In this document: piece by piece, positions 40,137-53,412 of the stretch
Layout of the letters: every line of letters starts with the position of its first letter
Position numbering within the stretch: position 1 is the stretch's first letter
Source: Octopus sinensis
Lineage: Eukaryota
Assembly (NCBI RefSeq): GCF_006345805.1
Contig: NC_042997.1
Coordinates: 73,160,001-73,224,000 of the forward strand
Length of the DNA stretch: 64,000 nucleotides
Direction of reading: 5' to 3'
Notes under the pieces: generated by a model
What the model was told of the DNA's origin: nothing
The model's database searches: none
Seen by the model: only the letters and a program-made list of their open reading frames with translations
Program-made: the position numbers and the translations under genes

Positions 40137-40396
40137 TCAAGGTGAATACTTGATAAATTTAAGCACCTGTATATGCCAGCTAGTAGCAGAGGTGAGAGGA
40201 TATATGTATATTGACTGATGATACGGTATGGACGGATTTTCGTAGTCCAATAATACCCTGCACACCTATTTGATTATGAAGATTTACAAACATACTTTCT
40301 CAGTGAAACTCAGTATACCTACCATTATAGATAAAACCAAATGTTCCTTTTCGGACTTTTCATAATGTGATACAGGTTTTTGGTATAGCAATTGCA

Positions 40397-40490
40397 TGCG
40401 GCTGAAGAGAGCTTTAAACCATCTGTTATGTCGATTATACATTGATGTAAGAATAAGTTGTTTTATAAAGCTTGAAACATGTGTAGCGCG
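40397..40490 (+). ncRNA. Hammerhead ribozyme candidate
   Basis: tgcgg-CTGAAGA-gagcttta...taaagctt-GAAA-c atgt g-TA-gcgcg. 8-bp stem II; first pair of stem I mismatched. Confidence 0.65.
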
Positions 40491-40521
40491 ACATCCTTTG
40501 CGTTCAGTTTTTTATTTCATT

Positions 40522-40556
<35 letters not shown>

Positions 40557-41100
40557 ACTACTCAACTATCTCTCTTTTGTCCATATCCAGATTCTTTATT
40601 CTTCTTTGTATTTTAACATACATACCAGAGTTTTTTTACATTCAAATATAGTTCATACATACCATAGAAAATATCTTTCCTGAAAATCTACTTAGCATTA
40701 TCTCACCTCCACTATTTCTCTAATCTATGTATTTTAAATAAATTTGTTTTTCTCACCATTACTAATTTCTTCTATATATAAACAACTGCAAGTATCTTTT
40801 TATTTCTCTCTCTCTCTCTCTAAATTCCGTAATATTAACCACTTTTCCCTCTTTCTTAAGATCGAATATCTAACCATTTTATTAGCATTATTTCACTGTT
40901 ATATTACTCCAATAAATTTACTTCCCTCTACCTATATAAGTATATCTAATTTCTTTTAGTAAACTGTATATTTAAAAATTTTTAACCATTTTTTATTCCA
41001 AATATATTTTTTTATTGTACATCACTCATAACTGTCAATAAACATATAAATATAACTATGATATCCCATTGGATGCTTATTCTTTATATATTTCTTTATT

Positions 41101-41225
41101 GCCCACAAGGGGCTAAACATAGAGGAGACAAACAAAGGGATTAAGTCAACTACATCGACCCCAGTGCGTAACTGGTACTTTATTTATCGACCCCGAAAGG
41201 ATGAAAGGCAAAGTCGACCTCGGCT
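41101..41225 (-). mobile_element. SINE family B fragment
   Basis: Nearly identical to 27221-27350. Confidence 0.75.
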
Positions 41226-41354
41226 TATTCTTTATATGTATACATATATGCATACGGTTGTGTTTATGTGCATATGTATGCTCGTTTTTGTGCGTACGTG
41301 CATGTATGTGTATAATATGTGTGTGCACATTTTGCTTTTGTATATATATATATA

Positions 41355-41722
41355 TGTTTAGGGCAGCGGACTCGCGGTCATAGGATCGCGGTTTCGATTC
41401 CCAGACCGGGCGTTGTGAGTGTTTATTGAGCGAAAACACCTAAAAGCTCCACGAGGCTCCGGCAGGGGATGGTGGTGATCCCTGCCGTACTTTTTCACCA
41501 CAACTTTCTCTCACTCTTACTTCCTGTTTCTGTTGTACCTGCATTTCAAAGGGCCGGCCTTGTCACTCTCTGTGTCACGCTGAATATCCCCGAGAACTAC
41601 GTTAAGGGTGCATGTGTCTGTGGAGTGCTCAGCCACTTACACGTTAATTTCACGAGCAGGCTGTTCCGTTGATTCGGATCAACCGGAACCCTCATCATAG
41701 TAACCGACGGAGTGCTTCCATT
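41355..41722 (+). mobile_element. tRNA-derived SINE family D
   Basis: tRNA-like head gtttagggcagcggactcgcggtcataggatcgcggtttcgattccc (B box). Tail taaccgacggagtgc is also seen near 5095. Confidence 0.75.
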
Positions 41723-42184
41723 CCATATATATATATGTATGTATGTATTTGTGTATATGTGTGTGTTTATGTGGATATGCGTATATGTATGTATAATATG
41801 TATATATATGTATGTATGTATATATATATATGTATACGTTTTGTGTGTATATGTGACTATATCTGTGCGTGTATATATATATTTAAATAATATATTTTAT
41901 TTTTTATGATATATACTTATATGGTATGTGTTTAACAATTTTACCTGTATACATAGAGAGAGAATGCTTCTTTAACTTTTCATACTTATATTTCTAAATA
42001 TCCGATAGCTAAACCAGTTTTAGTCCTTACACAACTAGACTCAACACTACATAACTATGTTATATTTTATATTTCATCTTTCACATTCTTTTTATTAATG
42101 AGTTATCCGGCACAGACTAAATACAGTCTCCTGTAACAAAATATTTCTTCCACTGTTACGACTTATCTGATGTTTCCTTCATTT

Positions 42185-42285
42185 TTTGCTGACGAGAATG
42201 TTAATATATAATTACTTATAATTAATTTAATCGCTTCCATGTTTCCTACATGTTGGTGTGACCATTCGAAACGATCGTATGCATG
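42185..42285 (+). ncRNA. Hammerhead ribozyme candidate (weak stem I)
   Basis: CTGACGA-gaatg...cattc-GAAA-c gatc g-TA. Perfect palindrome acgatcgt. Confidence 0.55.
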
Positions 42286-42404
42286 GATTAAAATGTTATC
42301 AAACTTTTAACATCTCTTCTCCATCTTTAATTGTTTGTTGACTTTATATAGGACTGTGTTCTATAAATGCTCATAATACACCTTATACTTATATGGAGGG
42401 GGGG

Positions 42405-42690
42405 GGGCTTCAGTCATGAATAACCATGGGATTGCACCAAGAAAGTTACCCTCCCAAGCACAAGTCCGGGTAAGGTTGTTTAAGGAAGGCCAGCAGTCGC
42501 CCATGCATACCAGCCTCCCCTCTTGACACCCCTGATGTTATCCAAGGGAAAGGCAAAGGTCAATACAGCTTGGCACAAGTAATATCACAACTCATTTCTA
42601 CAGATGAGTTAACTGGAGCAACGGGAAATAAAGTATCTTGCTCAAGAACACAACACGCAGTCCGGGAAACGAACTCACAACCTCATGTGG
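42405..42690 (-). mobile_element. tRNA/CORE-type SINE family E
   Basis: Minus strand gagttcgtttcccgga...tgtgttcttgagcaagatacttta...gttgctccag, ending gcaatcccatggttattcatgactgaag. Confidence 0.7.
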
Positions 42691-43410
42691 TGGGTACGTG
42701 ATCATGAATTAAAATATATACTGAGACCAAAGCTAGCTATGCATTCATATTTAGGCGTGTTCAGAACAGGCCTAAATATGAACACGGAACCAACTTTGGT
42801 CTCAGTATATATTTTAATTCAAGATCATGTACCTATCACTGTACATATTTCATCTCACTACGTATACAGACATGAACATGTATTTATTTAAATTAATGTC
42901 ACTTCTATACATTCTAATTTATTTACTTTATTTCAATTCTGCTTATGTTATTCTATATTTATTTTATTTTTGCTCATATATACATTAATATATATACCTA
43001 AAGAAGCAACTTAGAAAGGAATATATTTACCAATACACATGAATATTGATGTATAAACTATAGATCCATATTTGCCGCGTGTCTGTATATATATATGCAC
43101 ATGCGCACCCACGTATACAACATGAGCATAGATTTTGTTTCATTTTTCTTTTCTTCCATGAACATACATTTTATTTCACTTTTACTTTCTTTTATTCATT
43201 ATATTACTTTACATTTATATACTGTATCCTATTATTTATGATTCTTCTTCTTCTTCTTATTATTATTATCATTATTATTATTGAGCTAAAATTAAAAGTA
43301 ATAATTTTAACACATGCGTGCACACACAGATACATACACACAGTAAATATGGCAATATATTCTGAGTATTCCAAACGTATCATTAGGTAGTCCTTGTATT
43401 GTCCTTTGTA

Positions 43411-43516
43411 CACTCTGATGATTTTCCATACAAGGTATTAGAATGCTAAATTATATATTTATATATGCATCGCAATTTTAATTTTTTTCTTTTGTCAAAT
43501 GAAACAATTGTAAGTG
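43411..43516 (+). ncRNA. Hammerhead ribozyme candidate (decayed stem II)
   Basis: cact-CTGATGA...GAAA-c aatt g-TA-agtg. Perfect stem I and palindrome acaattgt. Confidence 0.55.
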
Positions 43517-43562
43517 AATATTTTAATTAATTAATTAAGCAGAATTTGACCACCTCCCGTAC

Positions 43563-46500
43563 CTACACCATAGCACCGTCATGCCATTGGATATGGCTTT
43601 TTAAACCAATGTTCTGAAAAGACACCCACACAGATTGCACCTCCGATTTGGACCACCAAGAGCTGCAGATAAGTTCCACTCTTTGTAGATCTGAAAATGT
43701 CTTTTGAGGCCTCCGCTGGATTTGCAAACCTTCTGGCATACACTGTATTGAAAGGTATGCGAAAACATAGAGGCAAAAAAGTTGGTAGAGGTTCGTTTTC
43801 CAGATGAGATTTGGGCACAGCAAAAGATAGATATGGTCTGTCACAAACTGTGCACACAAAAAGGTTATTATCATTCACCCTCTCGATTGTTACCTTTTTC
43901 CTTAGATCTCTTTTGAGGCTTACATGCGTTATCCTGGCCTCTTCAGATGCTTTCATTCCACTCCACACCTTTGTTCGGCATCCAACTCGATCCGAAGGGT
44001 TTCTATATCTTCTGGAACCATTCCAAGTAACACCTTAGTAGTCCTTATGCCGTCCTTAAACCTATTTTAGGTTTACACCGATATCGTTTCCCCTCTGCAA
44101 GCTCACCATAAAACCGCTGTTTCGGCATGCGTTCATCTGCCATTCGAAAAATATGCCCAGACCATCATATTTGGTTCCTCAAAATTATAGCTTTAATTGA
44201 GGTGATAGCTGCAGATTCAAGGACATCTCCGTTTGGAGTAAAAGAACTCCATTTAATTCTTAAAATGCGAAGACAGCATTTTTGGTGGAATTGTTCTAAC
44301 AATTTAAAATGCCTTTCATAGCAACTCCAAGATTCACAGGAATAAAACAGGGATGGTAAAACAAATGATTTGTAAATAACCAGCTTTGTATTCTTATTTA
44401 TATGTCGCTGGCACCAAATGTGTGGCGTGTCACCAAATGCTTTTGCTGCCCCTTGAATTAGCAGCTGTATTTCAGTATCAACATTTCCATCATTTTGAAC
44501 AGAGACTCCAATGTAGACGAATGACTTCCCTTAACAAAACTTTTAAGCTGGTCACAAACAGCACCACACGCAGGTTGATGAATTACAACTGTCTTTTTCA
44601 AGTTGATGGTCAAGCCCAAATCATCACAAGCCAAGTCATATGCAGATACAAGAGATTGCAGACCTGTTTCAGAATGACTAACAAGATCGCAATCGTCAGC
44701 ATGCAAAAGTTCCCTAATAAGTAAAGTAAAAACTTTCGTTTTGAATTTTAGTCTGGTCAGATTAAAAACATTCCCTGTTGTTCGATATTTGATGTAAATA
44801 TCCTCCTTAGAGTTTTAAAAAGTATGTGGCAACACAACAGAAAAATATATTGCAAAGAGGGTGGGTGCAGCAAGGTTTCCTAGCTTTACTCCATTTTCCA
44901 CAGCAAAAGATTCAGAAAGCCTACCACCAAAATTAACTCTGGCTTTCATATCTTGATGTAAAGCCCTGATCATGTTTACAAATTTTTCTGGGCAACCTAG
45001 TTTCCTTAGAATTAGCCACAGAGCATTTCGATTTACAGCATCGAATACCTTGCTCAAATCAACAAAGCAATGGTATAGAGCAAGATTCTGTTCAGTACAC
45101 TTGTTTTGTAATTCTCTGACAGTAAAGATACAATCAGCTGTGCTCCTGGGGGAACGAAAACCACACTGAGACTCAGACACTATATCTGGAACTATAAAGG
45201 TATTTAAACGTTCTAACAAAATGCGGGCAAGTACCTTTCCAACCACAGACAAATGTGAAATCCCACGAAAATTATCACACAGATCCTTTGGCCCCGGTTT
45301 ATACAATGAGACTAAAATGGCATCAATCCAGTCTTGAGGCACTTTCTCAGTTCTCCAACAATGACAAATTAATATATTTAAGAGTTCAAACTTTTTGTCA
45401 CCCCCATATTTCAAGACTTCTGCTCAGATTCCATCAAACTCTGGAGACATTGTTATTCAGCTTATTCACAGCTAAATAAATGTCATTTAGAGCTGGCTCA
45501 AATGCCATCTCTTCTATAACTGAAAGGTGTTCAATTTTTCTGTCGTTCTTATATGTCAACGGATGATGGTCTATTCAAAAGTGTAGAAAAATGTTCTACC
45601 CAGCACTTATGGATAGAAGCGGTGTCAGTCAGAAGCAAATGTCCATTTGCTGTTCTCACTGGAGCGATTGAAGAAAGTTTTGGGCCATATACCTCCTTAA
45701 CATAAGAGTACAAACCCTTGGCATCATTTCTATCAGCTACTTCTTGTGCCCCCACTTTGCTCTATCATTCCACCATTCCTGTTTATATTTTCCTTAGAGC
45801 AGTCTACACTTACCTTTTCAGCTTTCTGTAAGCTTCGTCTAAGTTGGCGTTCAAGGACTGAGAAAGAAGTGTATTGCCAAGTTTTGTTTTTCTAAAAGTA
45901 GATCATGAATTTATGCTGATCTGTCTGACTACCAGTCACCGAACTTATGTGATTTAAATCCCACTGATTTTTATTTTGAAATCTTCCCATAGATTGTTTG
46001 GGTCAATATTCATACTTTCTATAGCATCGTGGAATCTTTGCAAGTTGCTTGATAATTTAAAGTTTGCAAGGGTAACTTAGAACCAGACTGTCGATTTTAG
46101 GCATTATAGAAAAATCAATTTTTCCACGCACATGATGATGGTCAGTCCAGCTCTCTACCCCTCACATGGCTTGAACGCTACAAACGTCTTTCATATCACG
46201 TTTTGTAATCAGAATATAATCTATGAGATGACAGTGCTTAGATCTTGGGTGCATCCAGGCGGTTTTATATTTATTTTTCTGCTTAAACAGAGTGTTGGTG
46301 ACAACCAGATTATTCTTAGTACAAAACACCAAAAGAGCTACTCCATTTTTATTGCATTTTCCAATCCCATGTCGACCTAAAACAGGCCAAGAAACATAGT
46401 CCTTTCCAACTCTTGCAGTGAAGTTTCCTAATATGACTAGCTTGTCAGAAATTGATACTTTCCTCAATAATTGTGCTAGATCATCATAAAACTGTCCTAC

Positions 46501-47360
46501 AGTTTCATCAGAATGGGACATTGTTGGTGCATAAATACTGACAACAGTAAGAAACCTACATTTTGTCAGTTTAATACGCCATGACATGATCGTTTAGATA
46601 TACCACTTGGAAGCTTTGGAATGGAGGATACTAATGTATTCTTGAGAGCAAATTCAACACCAGATTCTCTACGCTGACCTTTAGCTAGGCCTCTCCAAAA
46701 GATATTATATCCATAAGTAGGTCCATTTACTTGACCCTCGCCAAAGGGACGAGTTTCAGAGAGCGCAACTATATCAATAAGTGTAGTGAGTAGGCCTTTC
46801 TTGCCCTTTGTTGAAATTATCATCAAGAAGTGTGCGGACATTCCAAAACCAATATTCAAAAGATGTTTATTTTTACTTTTTCTTGAAGATTGTTTGATCA
46901 CAGTGGCAGGATGACGATCGGGTCCAGCCTATGATGCACTGGGACAACTGCCGAGCCAGACCTGTTCCCCTAACGTTCCCAAGCCTTCTTTTACTATTTA
47001 CTGAGTCTTTTTAGAGTAAGTTACAAGTGCATTTTTAAGTTTCTGCCAACCAATCAATTCAAAGATTCTACGAAGATTTAGATTACAGGAAGTACCTGTG
47101 CAGATGAATAACTTTCAGTGGGTTTAGCTTGGACTGCACTACCCACCCTACTGGCCCAAGAAAACTTTCGCTGGTGTGACCTGAAAATTGACAAAACCAG
47201 CAACTTACAAGGCCTCAGGTTTTATTTCGGAGACTTCCTTCTCCTAGGTAGATTACCAACCAAGGTTGAAGAGCTTCTACCTGACTATGAGGTAAGCTAT
47301 CCCATTCCAGACACCAAACCGACACTCAAACACTCTATAAAGTGATCAAATATCACTCTG
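43563..47360 (-). mobile_element. Near full-length RTE-clade LINE (5' UTR, APE, RT, C-terminal Zn-finger-like region), pseudogenised
   Basis: IDIVALSETR, VVSIYAPT, WMHPRSKHCHLIDYI, VPQDWIDA, ESQCGFRSPRST, FVDLSKVFDAV, HADDCDL, GLTINLKKT, FVCTVCDR. Confidence 0.93.
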
Positions 47361-47484
47361 GTGACCGACGCGGAGTAGCTCATTCATAAAAAGGTACGAT
47401 ATGTGATTTGCAAATGTAAATAAGAATCATATATAAATATAAAAAAATAAAAGTATATATATATATATGTGTGTGAGTATGCGT

Positions 47485-47655
47485 GTGACAGACTTCTTTC
47501 AGTTTCCATCTATGAAATTCACTGACATGGCTTTGGTCAAACCGAGGCTGCAGTAAAATACACTTGCTTAAGGTGTGAACAAGTGTATTGCTCAAGATGT
47601 GAGACTGAACCCGGAACTATGTGGTTCGGAAGCAAGCATCTTACTACACAGCCAT
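47485..47655 (-). mobile_element. SINE family A 5' half
   Basis: cttctttcagtttccatcta...gactgaacccggaactatgtggttcggaagcaagcatcttactacacagcca. Confidence 0.75.
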
Positions 47656-48634
47656 GTATGCATCTATACACATACACACACACATACACACACATACCCA
47701 CACTCAAACACACACATACACACACAAACATACACACAGACACTCATAATCTATATATGCATATATGTATGTATGTGGGATGTATGTGTGGGTATATGTG
47801 CGTGTGTCTGTAGTGCTTGGAGAATTTTAATAATAAAAAGTGAATACCACACCTTTCAGTCAGCGGTCAGGAATGTTTAGCCTTTTACATTGTTACGCAG
47901 TTTTAAATGAGATGTCACATATAGCTATAATAAGAAAAAGTGTGTTTGTCTACAGTTAATGTTGTGATAAAAGGGTTTTGTACCAGTTCAAAAAGTAATA
48001 TTTACTGCAGTTTGAAACAATCCTTTATCACTTGAAAATATTGGTGATGAATACACAGCATATTGGTAAATGCATTCACAACATAGCAGACACTCTCGTC
48101 TTGCGTAAAATAACAACAATAGCTCACTAATGAAGTTTGATTGAGCATCAATCAAACTTAATCGATAAACTTGCTTATTGTAGTAAAAACAATAATGTAC
48201 CGGTTACTTTATCATATGAATATGGAAGCGAGTTATATTCTTGTTAGTCTTGTCTCAGATCAAACAAATTACAATGAAAGGTATCCTAGTTGTGACCATT
48301 CTATAATTGCGTATTCCTCTTGAAGACCGTTGGTGCTGAATGTGAGGAAAATACGTGAAGCAATTAATTGTAGTATTTGGATCACAAATTACAAAGATGT
48401 CTTGGCCTTGTAGTTCAGCAATATGTCTATCAACTATGATTCTGCCTACCGGATGACATATTCTAGCCGTAAATTCACATCGTTTGCTTTGTTGCATTCG
48501 AATATTTCAAGACGTATGAACAAACGAAAAGTAATATCCCGGAGGTTATTTCCTCGTTATTAGTTGTCATTAATGGTTAAATTACAGTGATACTGCCATA
48601 TGAGAGATAATAGATAAATTTCCTCATTACTTAC

Positions 48635-48733
48635 TAAGTCGATGTATAAATCTTGGTATTTTGGATCATCCACATATTTCTGCAACCTTGTTTCTACTTC
48701 ATCGAGGTTAATATTCATTATATCGTTACTAAT
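48635..48733 (-). CDS. Candidate 99-bp host exon (phase 0-0), ISNDIMNINLDEVETRLQKYVDDPKYQDLYIDL
   Basis: Strong acceptor tttatttttgttttctttaactaCAG, donor GTAAGT, 33 open codons with protein-like composition. Confidence 0.65.
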
Positions 48734-48824
48734 CTGTAGTTAAAGAAAACAAAAATAAAGCGAATATATATATATATATATAATAAATCTTAGAGCGAGT
48801 TATAAACAGTAGCTGCAACACATC

Positions 48825-48995
48825 GTGACGTATATTTGCCATTTAAATATGGCTAACCACTAAGGGTGGATGCTACTGATAGGGTACAGAAAGTGTGTCT
48901 AAAGCCAGCTGGAGGAGGTGTCCTCCTGGGGCTACAAACTACAGTAGCATCCACCCTTAGGGGTTAGCCATATTTAAATGCCAAATATACGTCAC
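48825..48995. repeat. Inverted repeat (~52-bp arms)
   Basis: gtgacgtatatttgccatttaaatatggctaaccactaagggtggatgctactg pairs with cagtagcatccacccttaggggttagccatatttaaatgccaaatatacgtcac. Confidence 0.9.
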
Positions 48996-48998
48996 TAT

Positions 48999-49040
<42 letters not shown>

Positions 49041-49847
49041 CAATATATAATGATAAAAGGAGGGAAATGGAGAGTTATGGATGTTTAAATCATTTATTTG
49101 CATGATATAATGACGACGTTGATAGTTTTGTTTTTATAAAAACGATACAAATAAATTATAAAGCTCTAAAAGAAAAGGCAGATGCCAAAAACCTACATAT
49201 ATGTTTCGATTCATGCCCCTAGGTGATTAGTAATTTTAAGTATTTTGTAGTCTTTTGTTAAGAATTGGTCATCATTTCCAACTATATGGGCTTTATGAGC
49301 TTATACTACAAAGATTAACATATTTCTTGAAAGGATGCAGACTAATTACTGATTTTAAGAAGTTAGAACATATATATTGTGCGTATGTATTTAGCTAGAG
49401 AATTACAGATATAAGTAAAGATCAAATAGAATAAAATAAAAAATGAAAATAACATACAAATAATGGTGAAGTAAGAAGTTATACTATAAAAAGTAAAGAA
49501 AATATAAATGTATGTAAAATAGTATATAGATTTAAATAAAAGGAAAGAACGATACTCAAATATGCAAGAGAGGAATTTTATAATAAAATAAATGAAGGAT
49601 AAGATAGCAAAAAAGTTATTACTCGGCCGTTGTAGATGAATTATTTTTATTGGTTTGGTAATAGATACAGTTGAGGAAATCTATGGATGCGTAGCGTTCA
49701 CAACATATTGTGTCATATTTAAAATCAAGTATAGACGACGGTTTGAAAAATTTGAGCGTTATGATATGCATGTTAAACGCCTTACATGTGAACCCTTAGT
49801 CAATATATAAAATGCTTATATTATTTATATTCATGTATCTATACATT

Positions 49848-49919
<72 letters not shown>

Positions 49920-49939
49920 TGTATGTATGTATGTATGTA

Positions 49940-50130
49940 TGGTTATAAAGAAAACGAAAAAATACAACGCGAGTATGTGGTACATGCAAAGTATCAAAAG
50001 ACGCCCAGGGAAAGAAAGAAAGGTTGTCTTACGTTTCGAGCAAAGCTCTCCTTCAGGAACAGGTGAAAGGAAGTCCAAGAGAGAAGGAAGACGGAGAAAA
50101 AATCGCCAACAATCCACATGTAGTTACAAT
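49940..50130 (-). repeat. Short repeat with HHR-like motif, related to the 19.1-20.9 kb copies
   Basis: gttc-CTGAAGG-a-gagc ttt gctc-GAAA-cg-TA-agac at 50026-50060. Shares acaacgcgag..gtgg.aca with 20445. Confidence 0.65.
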
Positions 50131-50207
50131 TTATCCATACGCATTTACACATATACACACATATACGTATATTCATACTATACACACACTCACACACACA
50201 CACACAC

Positions 50208-50248
<41 letters not shown>

Positions 50249-50253
50249 TATAG

Positions 50254-50530
50254 TGAAAGCGCATAGCTTAGTGTTTAAGGTGTTGCATTCACGATCGTGG
50301 ATTCAATTCCCAGACCGGGCGTTGTCTTGTATTCTTAAGCAAAGCACTTCATTTCACGTTGCTCTAGGATCATTTCTTCCTGTGACTTGTGGCACCTGTT
50401 GCATCTGTACTGGTAATGTCGATATGATGGTGGGAGTGAGCTTATGTGTACGCATATATTTGATCACAGTAAACAAATCAAATCATCTGTGTGATTGTTC
50501 GGTAAGAAATTGTCGAACCCTCATAGTCGT
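50254..50530 (+). mobile_element. tRNA-derived SINE
   Basis: gcgcatagcttagtgtttaagg (A box)...gattcaattcccagaccgggcg...ttaagcaaagcacttcatttcacgttgctc. Confidence 0.7.
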
Positions 50531-51574
50531 ATATATATATACTCACACTCAAAGTATATATATTTATTAAACTTATTTTTATTTATCTATTATCAGAAAA
50601 GTTATTCTCTCGTAATAGAAAAAATATAGTAACACATTTGAGAATATACATTTTAGATTCGGTCATTCTTTCCCCCGTAATTTGTTTATATATATATATA
50701 AACTTCTATGAATTCTACAAAATTAGGTAATTTTTACACCAAGCGAAAACTTAATATTCCCAACGATAAACAAACACATAATGTACCAGATAAAGCTAAG
50801 TTCAAATTTTCTAATATTAATAATCAAAGTGAGTCTACTGACCATAACCCACCGACTAATTCGTGTGATAATCTTAATAAATTCTGTGATTGTAGGGTGA
50901 TCAATGTAAAATTAACAATTATTGAAAACGGAAGAATTTAGTATATACCAAGCTATAGTAGAAACTCTTCTTTTGATATCGGTTCAATGGAATCATATAT
51001 GAAACTTAGATTGGCTATTCATAACTGTTCCTTTAGAAACCTCAATAAACGTTCTTCGACTAGTTCTAGTTAATTCATCTGAGACTCTAATATCAGTTTC
51101 AAATTTAGATGAAGATTATATGTTCTTCAAAATCTTACCATCCACCTGATAGAAATTGTCAAATCTCCACTTCAGAGTACTATAACATCCTTTTTCTCTT
51201 GTAAATGAGTGGGCCTTAAACATTTTCGGGTTTCCTACACACTCCTAAATATCTATTTTAGAGATAGCATTATTTTCTAATTATCACAATCACTAATTGT
51301 TAGGTTTCTTATTAACCATAAATATTTTTACTAAATTTGAAACTGAATTAATTAGATCCTTATTAGAACCAGCATCTATATCAATAATTTTATACAGTAT
51401 AAAATATACAATGCAAGTTATTTGCCAACATAATGTGGCAGTCCTGGTTAGGAATATTGCTACTGTTATTTATCCTCAGGAAACATCGTCTTCAGCTGGT
51501 TATACGACACATTATCTGTGTCCTTATATTTTCGAACAAGGGAGTTTAGCGTCCCCACACAGCTGAAAGCGATA

Positions 51575-51620
51575 TCTGCGTACCAATAGTTTCTGGTTTA
51601 TTTCTCTTCATCAGCACAGA
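51575..51620 (-). ncRNA. Hammerhead ribozyme candidate (decayed stem II)
   Basis: tctgtg-CTGATGA-a...GAAA-c tattg g-TA-cgcaga. 6-bp stem I. Confidence 0.55.
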
Positions 51621-53150
51621 GTAACTGCTCGGCTAGAGATGGCGCCACTAAACTTTTGTTCGAAATATATACTTTTCAAAGTGACACACAATCACTGATC
51701 TAATTAATTGAACATTATTAATTTCTAAATCTCTGAACGTGAGACATTCAGCAACAGTACTCTAGAGTAAATATTATTTGCCAACATGATTATGACTGTT
51801 ATTTGGCCCCATGAAACATCGTCTCCAGCTAAATATACTTATTTCTAACATATACACAATATATATAAATGGATAGAGTCCAACAATCCTTCCATTTTAT
51901 TTCTTTCGTAACATTTATAGATAACATCTTACATATAAATTCCTAGCATATGCGTTCTTTCTTTCTTATTTCTACAGAGTAAATTAAATTATATTATAAT
52001 TCATATTTGTTAAATTATCTTTAAATATCAACAGTTGGATTAACTAGTAAATATTTATAATTTACCTTAGCAAAAAAAATCGATCAAAATTACAATTGCA
52101 TATAAGTAGGGAAAATAACCTTTCTTTTAAGTTTAAAAAGAAGTCACCTCGAACTGAAGAACTGTATCTATTACCAAACCAATAAAAATAAAACATCTAC
52201 ATCGGTTGACTAATAATCTTTTAACTATCCAACTTATCCTTCATTTATTTTATTATACAATTCTTCCCTCGCATATTTGAGTATATGCCATTTTACATAC
52301 ATTTATATTTTCCTTACTTTTTATAGTATAACTTCTTACTTCACCATTATTTGTATGTTATTTTTTATTTTTCATTTTATTTTATTCGATCTTTACTTGC
52401 ATCTGTAATTCTCTTGCTAAATACATACGCATAATATGTTCTAACTTCTTAAACTTAGTAATTCGTCTGCATCCTTTCAAGAAATATGTTAGCCTTTGTA
52501 GTATAAGCTTATAAAGCCCATATAGTTGGAAATGATGACCAATTCTTAATAAAAGACTACAAAATGCTTAAAATTACTATTCACCTAGGGGCATGAATCG
52601 AAACATATATGTAGGTTTTTGGCATCTGCCTTTTCTTTTAGAGCTTTATAATTTATTTGTATCGTTTTTATAAAAACAAAACTATCAACGTCGTCATTAT
52701 ATCATGCAAATAAATGATTTAAACATCCATAACTCTCCATTTTCCTCCTTTCATCATTATATATTGATAAACTTAGTAATTCGTCTGCATCCTTTCAAGA
52801 AATATGTTAGCCTTTCTAGTATAAGCTCATAAAGCCCATATAGTTGGAAATGATGACCAATTCTTAGCAAAATCCCCTACTCAAATACTTAGAATTACTA
52901 GGGGCATGAATCGAAACATATATGTAGGTTTTTGGCATCTGCCATCTGTTTTAAGAGTTTTATAATTTATTTGTATCGTTTTTATAAGAAAATTTCAACC
53001 TCATTATGACATACAAATAAATTATTTAAACATCTATAATTCTCTATTTTCTTCCTTTCATCATTATTTCCAATATGTAGTTCTATAATAATTCTTAACA
53101 TAACGCCGATACTTTCTCTTTATCTGATAGTGATTAACTATCCTTGAATT

Positions 53151-53200
<50 letters not shown>

Positions 53201-53213
53201 GCATATATATATG

Positions 53214-53351
<138 letters not shown>

Positions 53352-53355
53352 ATAT

Positions 53356-53409
<54 letters not shown>

Positions 53410-53412
<3 letters not shown>

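Larger units (their letters stand above)
49038..53075 (+). mobile_element. Old PLE remnant: inverted pLTR, GIY-YIG fragment, two tandem pLTRs
   Basis: 49038-49385 is the reverse complement of 52425-52768, and 52768-53075 repeats the unit. 50900-51100 translates as IGSMESYMKLRLAIHNCSFRNLNKRSST (GIY-YIG-like). pLTR contains GAAA-c atatat g-TA. Confidence 0.7.

Noticed and set aside
41360-41410. tRNA-like sequence (also near 50258)
   Set aside because: No full cloverleaf, and it continues into a SINE body; these are SINE heads.
41945-41993. Open 49-bp minus-strand segment with a cag|gtaaaa donor
   Set aside because: Poor polypyrimidine tract, and its phase does not connect the other exon candidates.
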